The notes beneath the pieces were generated by a model. That model searched no databases and was not told where the DNA came from. It saw nothing but the letters and a program-made list of their open reading frames with translations. The position numbers were made by a program, and so were the translations under genes. Shown here in pieces: positions 1-9,044 of a DNA stretch of 35,740 bases. Numbering within the stretch: position 1 is the first letter of the stretch; each line of letters opens with the position of its first letter. This DNA comes from an uncultured Bacilli bacterium (GTDB lineage: Bacteria > Bacillota_I > Bacilli_A > RFN20 > CAG-826): assembly GCA_905236535.1 (NCBI GenBank), contig CAJOQN010000061.1, positions 1-35,740 of the forward strand, in the 5' to 3' direction.

Positions 1-47
1 GAAAAAGGTTTCTTAACAATTTATTTGTTAAGTCTAAAACGTAAATT

Positions 48-92
48 AAAAGGGGCTAAGTCACCTTATAGGTTTCTTAACAGCCCCTTTTT
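48..92. terminator. Long imperfect hairpin downstream of hit, probable intrinsic terminator
   Basis: AAAAGGGGCT (48-57) pairs with AGCCCCTTTT (82-91), with an inner ACCT-TAT-AGGT stem; A/T tracts on both sides; a few nt past the hit stop. Confidence 0.65.
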
Positions 93-98
93 CATTGA

Positions 99-512
99 TT
101 AAAGTTGATCTTTGATTGATTTAGCAATCATCGGGAGATTGAGATCTTTGCTGTTATCTTTCATCTCAAGAATAAAGCCATCGCCCTTTTCATAACGAGG
201 GATGACATGGACATGGAAGTGATTAACACTTTGTCCCGCGGCTTCATAGCAGTTAGTGAGAATGTTGACACCTTTCGCTCCTAACATTTGGATTTGGACT
301 TGTCCAATTCTTTGAGCGACATCCATCACCTTATGGATGACTTCTTGAGGGGCCGCTAAAAAGTTATCGTAATGCTCTTTAGGAATGACGAGAACATGTC
401 CTTTTGTGACTTGAGAGATATCTAAGAAGGCTAAGACATCTTGGTCTTCAAAGATTTTATAACATGGAATTTCTCCACGAATGATTTTACAAAAAACATC
501 ATCTTGACTCAT
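99..512 (-). CDS. hit: HIT family nucleotide hydrolase
   Basis: FCKII N-terminus, GHVLVIPK, histidine triad HFHVHVIPR; start moved to ATG 512 because GAGGT lies 8 nt upstream. Confidence 0.95.
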   Translation of the reverse strand: MSQDDVFCKIIRGEIPCYKIFEDQDVLAFLDISQVTKGHVLVIPKEHYDNFLAAPQEVIHKVMDVAQRIGQVQIQMLGAKGVNILTNCYEAAGQSVNHFHVHVIPRYEKGDGFILEMKDNSKDLNLPMIAKSIKDQL

Positions 513-544
513 AATTAAGTACCTCGATAAAAATATTATATCAC

Positions 545-574
545 AAAACAAAAGAGCGAGGGTTACTCGCTCTT
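545..574 (-). terminator. Intrinsic terminator of the lipoprotein operon
   Basis: Perfect 9-bp stem AAGAGCGAG/CTCGCTCTT (552-574), 5-nt loop, followed on the minus strand by TTGTTTT. Confidence 0.8.
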
Positions 575-582
575 AAGAATTA

Positions 583-2319
583 TTAATCAAATAATTCTGG
601 ATAATTTGTCTTGAAGTAATTGTAGACGACTTGGTCGTGATAGAGAATACCAGCTTTATCTAACCAATGTTTGGTGGATAAGGTTTCATAGGTATCTTTT
701 TCAGCGACGACTTCACAGATTTCCATGACGAAGGTTTCAGCATCGTCTGGTCTTGTGACAGAATAACGGTTTTCGTTAATCTTGGAGAGCTTACTGGAGG
801 AAGCGGCTTCTAAGATTTGGACGATGTAGAAGGTTGAACCATCTTTATCGTAGAAGACCATATCTCTATCAGCAGAACCACTTTCAGTGGTTTCAGTCTT
901 AAGGAAGTAGGCTCCGTTAATTCTGGCGACGTATGGTGATTCGTTTACAGGTTTGGCATAGGTGTAGTTACCAGCTTCTCCTTGCCAACGATCCGCTTGA
1001 GCTTCTAAATCAGCTTTTTCGGTTAAGGCATTGGCGACACCAACGTTGAATAAACGGGAACGAAGGCTATCTGGTAAGTTGGTTAAGCCACCATCTTTGA
1101 TGTACCAACCGGTTTCGGTGTGGTCTCTTAAGTAGATTTCTCTCTCTTTGAGTTCTTTTCCAACTTCTTTGGTGTAAGTTCCGCCACCGGTGAAATCGCT
1201 TTCAACAGAAGTGTCACTTAATTGAGGATCATCTTTAATTTTGAGATAATCTTCCATCATGTCACCATATTCGGTGCCTTTGTAATAATCATTGGTGGAA
1301 TCATATTCGAAGCCGTTAGAAGCGACGAGAAGAGCTTCTTCTTCGGCGCTTAAGTCCGCACCTTTCCAAGCGTTACTTAAAATCTTTAAGGTATCAAGAT
1401 TAACAGTGTTATTACCATTTGGTTCGGCAAGGATATAATCATTGACGAATTGGTTGACTAAGTAACGGGCTGCGAGTGGGTATTCGTTGTTTGTTTTGAT
1501 GGAGACAATATTCACTTTACGAGCATAGCTACGTCCTAAAGTATTATATTGTTCATCTAAGATATATTGTTCGACGAGCATTTCTTTATAGATTTGTGGA
1601 ACAATTTTATCTTCAACATAAGTGTTATTACCATCGGAGTATAAACCCCAGTAATATCCCTTATTTAAGATTCCGGCGTTGAAGACATCAACATCTTCGA
1701 TGGCAGGATCAAGTAATCCTGTATAGGTGGTGACGGTCGCTGGAGAATTAACTTTTTCTAAGTTATTTCTTAAGCTCATTAAGTATTTTTCTTCTCTGAA
1801 GATGCTTCTATCGGAATAGGAACCACCAGAGATGTCTTGATACATTTTTTTCGCCACTCTCTTTTCGATGTTGTTGAAACGTTCTTTAACGCGGTCTTTT
1901 TCGCTTTGAGATGCATTGGCATCTTCGGCGACTTCTGTACCTTCATCATCAACACGTTTGCCATCATCGTTGACGGTCCAATAAGCTTTATGACCTTTAA
2001 CAAAGTCATCGACATTGGTTCCATCTTTGACGGTGAATAAGGTGTCATCACCATCTTTATATCCTTTGACATATTGATCGTAAGGACCAAAGATGCTGAC
2101 AGCGTATTGATAAAGAACTTTTTCTAAGGTTTGACTTGCGACGTTGTTTTCATGAATATCATCATAGATGATAGACATAAGGTTGTTATAAAGATCATCG
2201 TCGACATTCATCACTTTGTCGTCTTTATAGCCGGTTGGCTTAGCGATGATTTCGGAGCATGCGCTTAAGGTTAATAAGGAAGCTGCACCTAAGACTAAGA
2301 GTTTAATTTTATTTTGCAT
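583..2319 (-). CDS. Large lipoprotein, possibly a degenerate PrsA/SurA-like foldase paralogue (578 aa)
   Basis: Signal II peptide MQNKIKLLVLGAASLLTLSAC; AAGGAG 9 nt upstream of ATG 2319; overlaps the stop of the upstream gene; ARKVNIVSIK and FYIVQILE weakly echo the first and last parvulin strands. Confidence 0.7.
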   Translation of the reverse strand: MQNKIKLLVLGAASLLTLSACSEIIAKPTGYKDDKVMNVDDDLYNNLMSIIYDDIHENNVASQTLEKVLYQYAVSIFGPYDQYVKGYKDGDDTLFTVKDGTNVDDFVKGHKAYWTVNDDGKRVDDEGTEVAEDANASQSEKDRVKERFNNIEKRVAKKMYQDISGGSYSDRSIFREEKYLMSLRNNLEKVNSPATVTTYTGLLDPAIEDVDVFNAGILNKGYYWGLYSDGNNTYVEDKIVPQIYKEMLVEQYILDEQYNTLGRSYARKVNIVSIKTNNEYPLAARYLVNQFVNDYILAEPNGNNTVNLDTLKILSNAWKGADLSAEEEALLVASNGFEYDSTNDYYKGTEYGDMMEDYLKIKDDPQLSDTSVESDFTGGGTYTKEVGKELKEREIYLRDHTETGWYIKDGGLTNLPDSLRSRLFNVGVANALTEKADLEAQADRWQGEAGNYTYAKPVNESPYVARINGAYFLKTETTESGSADRDMVFYDKDGSTFYIVQILEAASSSKLSKINENRYSVTRPDDAETFVMEICEVVAEKDTYETLSTKHWLDKAGILYHDQVVYNYFKTNYPELFD

Positions 2320-4132
2320 AGTAGCAAGCTCCTTCTTTCGCAAATGCGGGATCAGTACTGGCGTCTTTGAATTTTAAGGCACACATCTCAGGAATGAGAC
2401 GTTCTTCAGTACGGTTTGCTTCTTGAATGGTGATAAGTTCGAGATAGGATCTCCAACTGCTATTCATGGTTTCTGCAGCATTCCAAAGATTATATTCTCT
2501 TTGAGAAGCAATGTAGTTTGCGACTAATTCTTCTAAATTGATATTATCGTTGGAAAGGAATTCAATGTTTTCACCTTCTTCTTCAACAAAGTATTCGTAT
2601 AAACGATAGCTATATGTTGAATCGAAGTTCTTGATGGTGTTCTTTAATTCTTCTGCTCTATCTTTGTAGACAGATTTATTAGTGGTGTTTTCATATGTAA
2701 CATATGTTTTGACACTAGAGTCATAGCCTTCATCACCTGGGATTAAAGCATCAGGATTGTAGTAAGCTTGTAAATCGGAGTCGGTAATAGCCTTTTCTAA
2801 AATCATGAAGTGAATACCGTGTTGTGAACGAACGGCGATGATTGGACGGCCTAATTCATCGGTTAAGATACCTTGGTTTGCCGCTAAAGAGATGTTATCA
2901 AGATGACGGAAACCAGTCTTTGTGGAATCAGCACCTAATAATGGAAGGCTGGTATCAACATCTGTTGTGGCAGTAATTTCACCATTATAACTACCTTCTG
3001 GTAAAACGTTGTTGGTAATGACAAAGACATTGTGTCTGTTGAGATATTTATTCCAATAAATGTTTCTTGGATAATAATGTTCATTACCTTCGTTGACTTC
3101 TTTACCGGTGGAATCGGTGGTGTCTTCACGTAATTCGTTAATTTTAACGAAAGCGTTATATGGGACATAGCCTAAACCAATTTCATTTAATTTTTCAGTA
3201 ACGGTCTTTTGTTTGTTTAAACCATTACCTTCAGAATCGGTGTCAAGGAAGTCACCAGTTAATCCAAGTCCTTCAGATAAGTCTTGGATTTCGCTTGTGG
3301 TATTTTGAGAATAGATCGCATCATAAGCATAGATACCAAGTTTGAATTCGTTGACGAATGAAGTACTTGTATCCATGATGCCGACAGAACCATATTTTTC
3401 CGCACTTCCGGAATCACCACTTAAGTCGTGAGCAATTTCACCAAAGGTGGATTTGCCATCGAATAAAGCCTTAACAACTGTATATAAGCTAAGGGCTTCA
3501 TTAGAAGTAATAGTTCCATTATAGAAGCTGGATTCACCACCAGAGACACTGGTAAGGATATGTCTGATGTGATATGGGAATTTTGAAGCGGCTTTATCTG
3601 TTTGAGTTAAGCCGATATATTCCTTTAATAAATCTTCTTTGTTAACTCTGAAGTACCAATCTTTAATTTCTTCTTCTTCGGATTGATAAATTAATTTTTG
3701 TAAGAGTTCTTTTTCGTTTTCAACTCCGTGGTTTTCGAGAACTTTTTCCCATTCTTCTTTATAGTTGCCACCTTTATTTTTGGCTTCTTTCTTTAAGCCA
3801 GCGATTTCGTTTTTGGCATCTTGTTGAATTTGAGAATAACTTCTCTTTGTGGTTTCACCGCTTTGAGAAACCTCTTTGAGCTTGCTGTTATCGTTTTGGA
3901 ATTCATAACGAACAAGAACTTCAAGCATGGCATCATAAATCTTTCCAATACCTGCAGAGGTTTTTAAGTAATCATAGTAGACGCTATCGGTTAATACATC
4001 TACTTCTTGTCCGTCATATCCTTTGAATGTTACAACGGCTTTCTCATTAGAGGTGACCTTCCCGCAGGAAGTCATAGCAAGTGAAGCAATGAAAGCAGTA
4101 ACTAAACTAACTGATAGTTTACTTTTCTTCAT
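2309..4132 (-). CDS. Large lipoprotein with PpiC/parvulin motifs, PrsA-like foldase (607 aa)
   Basis: Signal II peptide ending AMTSC; motifs YHIRHIL, FGEIAHDLSGDSGSAEKYGSVG, FVNEF, VRSQHGIHF; strong SD AAGGAGG; prsA and hit are neighbours in Bacilli. Confidence 0.8.
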   Translation of the reverse strand: MKKSKLSVSLVTAFIASLAMTSCGKVTSNEKAVVTFKGYDGQEVDVLTDSVYYDYLKTSAGIGKIYDAMLEVLVRYEFQNDNSKLKEVSQSGETTKRSYSQIQQDAKNEIAGLKKEAKNKGGNYKEEWEKVLENHGVENEKELLQKLIYQSEEEEIKDWYFRVNKEDLLKEYIGLTQTDKAASKFPYHIRHILTSVSGGESSFYNGTITSNEALSLYTVVKALFDGKSTFGEIAHDLSGDSGSAEKYGSVGIMDTSTSFVNEFKLGIYAYDAIYSQNTTSEIQDLSEGLGLTGDFLDTDSEGNGLNKQKTVTEKLNEIGLGYVPYNAFVKINELREDTTDSTGKEVNEGNEHYYPRNIYWNKYLNRHNVFVITNNVLPEGSYNGEITATTDVDTSLPLLGADSTKTGFRHLDNISLAANQGILTDELGRPIIAVRSQHGIHFMILEKAITDSDLQAYYNPDALIPGDEGYDSSVKTYVTYENTTNKSVYKDRAEELKNTIKNFDSTYSYRLYEYFVEEEGENIEFLSNDNINLEELVANYIASQREYNLWNAAETMNSSWRSYLELITIQEANRTEERLIPEMCALKFKDASTDPAFAKEGACYYAK

Positions 4133-4169
4133 TATTCTTCTTCCTCCTTAAAAAATGAATAGCGTTATT

Positions 4170-4198
4170 ATTGTATAGACCTGCGATATTCTTTTCAA
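4170..4198 (-). promoter_or_regulatory. Sigma-A-type promoter of the lipoprotein operon
   Basis: TTGAAA-17 nt-TACAAT on the minus strand. Confidence 0.6.
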
Positions 4199-4300
4199 TA
4201 ATATTTTTTAAAAAATATCAAAAATATCAAATTTACATATACGCGTGAGGCAAAAACAGGACCCTTTTCTTATCCTATTTATTGATTTTGAGCATTTCAT

Positions 4301-4329
4301 TTGTAAATATAGGTAACCCTCTATAAAAT
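4301..4329 (+). promoter_or_regulatory. Sigma-A-type promoter of the suf operon
   Basis: TTGTAA-17 nt-TAAAAT, 21 nt upstream of the sufC ATG. Confidence 0.55.
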
Positions 4330-4350
4330 AACTAAGGTTGAGGTAAAGGT

Positions 4351-5169
4351 ATGTCAACATTACGAATTAAAGATTTATATGCTGAAGTTGAAGGCAAGAT
4401 GATTCTTAAAGGATTGAATCTTACGGTCAATGAAGGTGAAACAGTGGCCCTTTTGGGTAGAAACGGACATGGAAAGTCTACTTTATTAAATGTCATTATG
4501 GGTCATCCAAGATACAAGGTGGTCTCTGGATCCATCTTTTTAGATGATCTAAATATTTTAGAAATGTCTCCAGATCAAAGAGCAAAAGCTGGTTTATTCT
4601 TCGGAATGCAATATCCAAGTGAAGTTCCTGGAGTGAATAATTCTGATTTTTTAAGAGTCGCTTTAAACGCTCGTTTGGACAAACCTGTTTCGACTTATAA
4701 ATTCTATAAAATGTTAGACGCAGCAACCAAAGAATTAGACATGCCTTTTGACCTTGCAACCCGCTCTCTCAACGAAGGTTTTTCAGGCGGAGAAAAGAAG
4801 AGAAATGAGATATTGCAACTTATCCTACTTGAACCAAAAATATCTATGCTTGATGAAATCGATTCTGGCTTAGATGTTGATGCTATTAATGTTGTTGCAA
4901 AAGCCATTAACAAAGAAAAAGATAAAGGTCATGGATTCCTTGTAATTTCTCACTATGCGAGACTTTTTGAAATTGTTAAAGCCGACCGTTCGGCGGTCAT
5001 GATTGATGGCAAAATCGTTCTTGAAGGTGGCCCTGATTTAATCAGTAAGATTGATAAAGAAGGATACGAATTCCTCAAGATCGAATATGGTATTGATATT
5101 GAAAAAGAAGAAAAAGAAATGAATGCAACTTCGCTTGGTTCTTGCGGTGTTAAAGAAGCTATTAAATAA
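4351..5169 (+). CDS. sufC: Fe-S cluster assembly ATPase SufC
   Basis: Walker A GRNGHGKST, LNEGFSGGEKKRNE, LDEIDSGLDVDA, ISHY. Confidence 0.97.
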   Translation: MSTLRIKDLYAEVEGKMILKGLNLTVNEGETVALLGRNGHGKSTLLNVIMGHPRYKVVSGSIFLDDLNILEMSPDQRAKAGLFFGMQYPSEVPGVNNSDFLRVALNARLDKPVSTYKFYKMLDAATKELDMPFDLATRSLNEGFSGGEKKRNEILQLILLEPKISMLDEIDSGLDVDAINVVAKAINKEKDKGHGFLVISHYARLFEIVKADRSAVMIDGKIVLEGGPDLISKIDKEGYEFLKIEYGIDIEKEEKEMNATSLGSCGVKEAIK

Positions 5170-5171
5170 AT

Positions 5172-5984
5172 ATGAATTTCTCCCAATATTTAAAACAATT
5201 CAATGATAAAGATTATGACATCATGTCAATGAATGATGATTCTTTTGCTTTTATTGATGACGATGAAACTTTAAATATTTTTATTAAAGAAAATAGTGTC
5301 ATTTCAATTTCTTTTGGGGATTTCATAAGTGATGATTTTAACAATATTTGTTTTAGACTTTTACAAGGTGCTAAAGTTCAACTTTTTGGACTTCTCACCG
5401 AAGTTGTTCCCACTTTAAATGTTCACATAATTTTAGAAAAAGATGCGGAAATTGGGTGCTTTTTCCTCGATTTTATGGAAAAAACAAACAAAACATTAGT
5501 GACTATTGATCTTAATGGAGAAGGTTCTAAAGCTACATGGAAACTTGCTTCTTTAGCGAGAGAAAACGACAATAAAGAATTTGATGTTTATATTAATCAC
5601 TATTATCGAAATACCTATGCTTTAAGCGAGAATTATGGCATCGCAAAAGATAGTTCTCGACTTGTCTTTGATGGTATTAGTGATATTAAAAATGGAGCGA
5701 TTGGGTCTTCGACTAGACAAGTTGCTAAAACTGTTTTGTTCGACGATGAAGCAAAGGCTAAATCTATGCCTATTTTGAAAATTTCTGAGAATGATATTAG
5801 CGCTTCACACGCCACCAGTGTGGGAACCTTGAACGAGAACGAAGTTTTCTACCTCACATCTCGTGGTATCAGTGAAGAAATGGCCAAAAACCTTATCACT
5901 TTAGGATATTTTAATCCTATCATTTCAAAGTTTGATGAAAAGGCTCAAAAAGAAATTCAAAAATTAATTAAGGAGAGGATGTAA
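5172..5984 (+). CDS. sufD: Fe-S cluster assembly protein SufD (short form)
   Basis: C-terminal PILKISENDISASHATSVG...FYLTSRGI motif; position between sufC and sufS. Confidence 0.9.
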   Translation: MNFSQYLKQFNDKDYDIMSMNDDSFAFIDDDETLNIFIKENSVISISFGDFISDDFNNICFRLLQGAKVQLFGLLTEVVPTLNVHIILEKDAEIGCFFLDFMEKTNKTLVTIDLNGEGSKATWKLASLARENDNKEFDVYINHYYRNTYALSENYGIAKDSSRLVFDGISDIKNGAIGSSTRQVAKTVLFDDEAKAKSMPILKISENDISASHATSVGTLNENEVFYLTSRGISEEMAKNLITLGYFNPIISKFDEKAQKEIQKLIKERM

Positions 5985-7220
5985 ATGTATAAAGTAGATG
6001 AAATTCGCAAACTCTTTCCGATGTTAAATCCTCAAAAAACGATGCAAGGAAAACCTTTAGTGTTCCTTGATAATTCATCGACTACTTTTAAACCTACATG
6101 CGTGATTGACGCGCTTGATAAATATTATCGCGAAGAGACCTCTAATTCCCATCGTGGAGACTATGATCTTTGCTACAATATGGACCAAGAATTATTAGAG
6201 GCCAGAAAAGCGGTTGCCAATTTTGTAAATTGCGATGTAAATGAAGTCGTTTTTACAAGTGGAACAACAATGTCTATAAACCTTGTCGCGTGGTGTTATG
6301 GCATGAAATTCTTAAAAGAGGGTGATGAAATCCTTCTTTCGGAAGCCGAACACGCCTCTAATTTGCTACCATGGTATAAAGTTGCCTCTTTAAAAGGAGC
6401 AAAATTATCATTTGTGCCTCTTGATAAAGAAGGTAGAGTGACTCTTGAAAATGTCAAGAAAGCATTAAATAAAAACACTAAGATTGTCTCATTGGCGCAT
6501 ATCGGCAATGTCATGGGATTCATGATTGATGTCAAAGGCATTGCCAAAGCTGCTCATGAAGTTGGGGCTATTATGGTGGTTGATGGAGCCCAATCAGTGC
6601 CACATATTAAAACAAACTTTAAAGATTGGGATATTGATTTTCTCGCTTTCTCTTCTCATAAGATGTGTGGGCCAACTGGAGTTGGGGCCTTAATTGGAAA
6701 ATATGAACTTTTAGAAAAGATGGATCCTTTATTCTCTGGTGGGGGAATGAATATCACATTTGACACAAATGGAGATGTTGAATATTTAGAAGCACCAGTC
6801 AAATTTGAATCCGGAACTTTAAATCTTGCCGGGATTATGGGGTTTAAAGCTGCGATTAATTTCATTGATGAACTTGGCATTGATAACATTCATCTACACG
6901 AAAGAGAACTTCGCGAATATGCGATTAACGAATTAGAAAAATTAGATAATGTTATTATGTATAATAAAAACGCTGAAGGAAGCATGATTACCTTTAATGT
7001 CAAAGGAGTTTTTGCTCAAGATGAAGCAACCTTATTAAATTCAAAAGGTATTGCGGTTAGAAGCGGACAACATTGTGCGAAAATTTTAAATGGTTTTTTA
7101 GAAACCCCAGCGACTGTCCGTATGTCGATTGCTTTATATACGAATAAAGGAGATATTGATGCTTTTGTGGAAGCACTTAGAAATGGAGGAGATATTCTTG
7201 ATGCCTATTTCAATGACTAA
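5985..7220 (+). CDS. sufS: Cysteine desulfurase SufS
   Basis: LDNSST, EHASN, DGAQSVPH, PLP-lysine SSHKM, group II active site RSGQHCA. Confidence 0.97.
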   Translation: MYKVDEIRKLFPMLNPQKTMQGKPLVFLDNSSTTFKPTCVIDALDKYYREETSNSHRGDYDLCYNMDQELLEARKAVANFVNCDVNEVVFTSGTTMSINLVAWCYGMKFLKEGDEILLSEAEHASNLLPWYKVASLKGAKLSFVPLDKEGRVTLENVKKALNKNTKIVSLAHIGNVMGFMIDVKGIAKAAHEVGAIMVVDGAQSVPHIKTNFKDWDIDFLAFSSHKMCGPTGVGALIGKYELLEKMDPLFSGGGMNITFDTNGDVEYLEAPVKFESGTLNLAGIMGFKAAINFIDELGIDNIHLHERELREYAINELEKLDNVIMYNKNAEGSMITFNVKGVFAQDEATLLNSKGIAVRSGQHCAKILNGFLETPATVRMSIALYTNKGDIDAFVEALRNGGDILDAYFND

Positions 7221-7638
7221 CGAAATGATGAGAGCGATTATTATGGATCATTATTCTAACCCCATCCATAAAGTTGCCCCAAAAGATGATAGCTATCAAA
7301 GAATCCATATGCATTCTGATAACTGCATCGATGACATTGATGTTTTTGTCAAATTTGATAACGATGTTATCGTTGATGCCTGTTTTACAGGGATTGGATG
7401 CACAATTTCAACCGCGTCCACTGACGTGATGTGTGAATTAATCATTGGCAAAAATAAAGAGGAAGCTAATTATTTAATCGAACAATTTATGCATATGATG
7501 CATGAAGAACATTTTGATGAAGAAGCTTTAGAAGAAGCTAATGCTTTTGTTAATACTTCGAAACAAGCCGCCCGTATTAGATGTGCGACTATTGGTTGGA
7601 GAGCCATCGACTCCATTATTAAAGACGAGAATAAATAA
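7201..7638 (+). CDS. sufU: SufU sulfurtransferase/scaffold
   Basis: [30 protein letters not shown]; GGAGGAG 9 nt upstream of ATG 7201 (alternative start 7213). Confidence 0.92.
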   Translation: MPISMTNEMMRAIIMDHYSNPIHKVAPKDDSYQRIHMHSDNCIDDIDVFVKFDNDVIVDACFTGIGCTISTASTDVMCELIIGKNKEEANYLIEQFMHMMHEEHFDEEALEEANAFVNTSKQAARIRCATIGWRAIDSIIKDENK

Positions 7639-7639
7639 A

Positions 7640-9043
7640 ATGAGTGATAAGATTAAATTTCAAGAAGAACAACAAAGAAAGTACGGATTTAAAGACCAAG
7701 ATGTTTCAATTATGAACACTGGTAAGGGTCTTTCTGAAGAAGTGGTCAGGACCATTTCTAAGATTAAGAACGAACCTGATTGGATGCTTGAATTCCGTTT
7801 GAAAGCTTTAAAAGCTTTTAATTCTTTGAAGATGCCTTCTTATGGCCCAAATATGGATGATGTGGATTTTGATTCTTATACCTATTATACAAGAGTGAGT
7901 GATAAAGACGCTCAAAGTTGGGATGATGTTCCAGAAACCGTTAAAAATACCTTTAATAAACTTGGTATTCCTGAAGCTGAACAAAAATTCCTTTCTGGAG
8001 TTAATACTCAGTATGAATCCGAGATGGTTTATCACAATATGCTTAAAGAGATTGAAGATAAAGGCGTTGTTTTTGTTTCCACTGAAATGGGATTAAAACT
8101 CTATCCAGAACTTTATAAGAAATATTTTGGTAGCGTTGTTCCAATTGCTGATAATAAATTCTCCGCTTTAAATAGCGCGGTTTGGTCTGGTGGATCCTTT
8201 ATCTATGTTCCAAAAGGAGTGCATCTTGATAAGCCACTTCAATCATATTTTAGAATTAACAATGAAAAAACGGGTCAATTTGAAAGAACTTTAATTGTGG
8301 TCGATGAAGGAGCAAGTGTCCACTTTGTGGAAGGTTGTACCGCTCCTGCATATTCTAAAGATTCTTTACACGCAGCAGTCGTAGAGATTGTTGTTTTAAA
8401 AGATGCAAAATGTCGTTATACGACAATTCAAAACTGGTCGACAAATATTATCAATATGGTGACCCAAAGAGCCGCGGTTTTTGAAAATGGAACGATGGAA
8501 TGGGTGGATGGTAATATTGGTTCTTATAAGAACATGAAATATCCAGCCTGTATCTTAAAAGGTGAAGGGGCCAAAGGCACTGCTATTTCCATTGCGGTTG
8601 CCGGTCGAAATCAATTTCAAGATAACGGGGCAAGAATGATTCATGAAGCACCAAATACTTCTTCCAGAATTATTTCAAAATCAATTGTCAAGAATGGTGG
8701 AACTGCGAATTATCGTGGAACTGTTAGATTATTAAACAAGGCTAAAAACAGTCGTAGTCATATTGAATGTGACACTCTTATTTTGGATAACCTTTCAAAC
8801 AGTGATACTTATCCAAAGAACGAAGTTTATAATAACGAATCATTTATTGAACACGAGGCCACCGTTAGTAAAATCAATGAAGATCAACTCTTTTATTTAA
8901 TGTCTCGTGGGCTTAAAGAAAGCGAAGCAACCCAGATGATTATCATGGGATTTATCGAGCCATTCGCTAAGGAATTACCGATGGAATATGCGGTTGAACT
9001 CAATCAATTAATCAAGATGGATATGGAGGGTAGTGTCGGTTAA
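7640..9043 (+). CDS. sufB: Fe-S cluster assembly protein SufB
   Basis: [52 protein letters not shown]; ATG 1 nt after the sufU stop. Confidence 0.97.
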   Translation: MSDKIKFQEEQQRKYGFKDQDVSIMNTGKGLSEEVVRTISKIKNEPDWMLEFRLKALKAFNSLKMPSYGPNMDDVDFDSYTYYTRVSDKDAQSWDDVPETVKNTFNKLGIPEAEQKFLSGVNTQYESEMVYHNMLKEIEDKGVVFVSTEMGLKLYPELYKKYFGSVVPIADNKFSALNSAVWSGGSFIYVPKGVHLDKPLQSYFRINNEKTGQFERTLIVVDEGASVHFVEGCTAPAYSKDSLHAAVVEIVVLKDAKCRYTTIQNWSTNIINMVTQRAAVFENGTMEWVDGNIGSYKNMKYPACILKGEGAKGTAISIAVAGRNQFQDNGARMIHEAPNTSSRIISKSIVKNGGTANYRGTVRLLNKAKNSRSHIECDTLILDNLSNSDTYPKNEVYNNESFIEHEATVSKINEDQLFYLMSRGLKESEATQMIIMGFIEPFAKELPMEYAVELNQLIKMDMEGSVG

Positions 9044-9044
9044 A

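Noticed and set aside
4211-4231. AAAAATATC tandem repeat in the divergent promoter region
   Set aside because: Low complexity in AT-rich DNA; no regulator assignable
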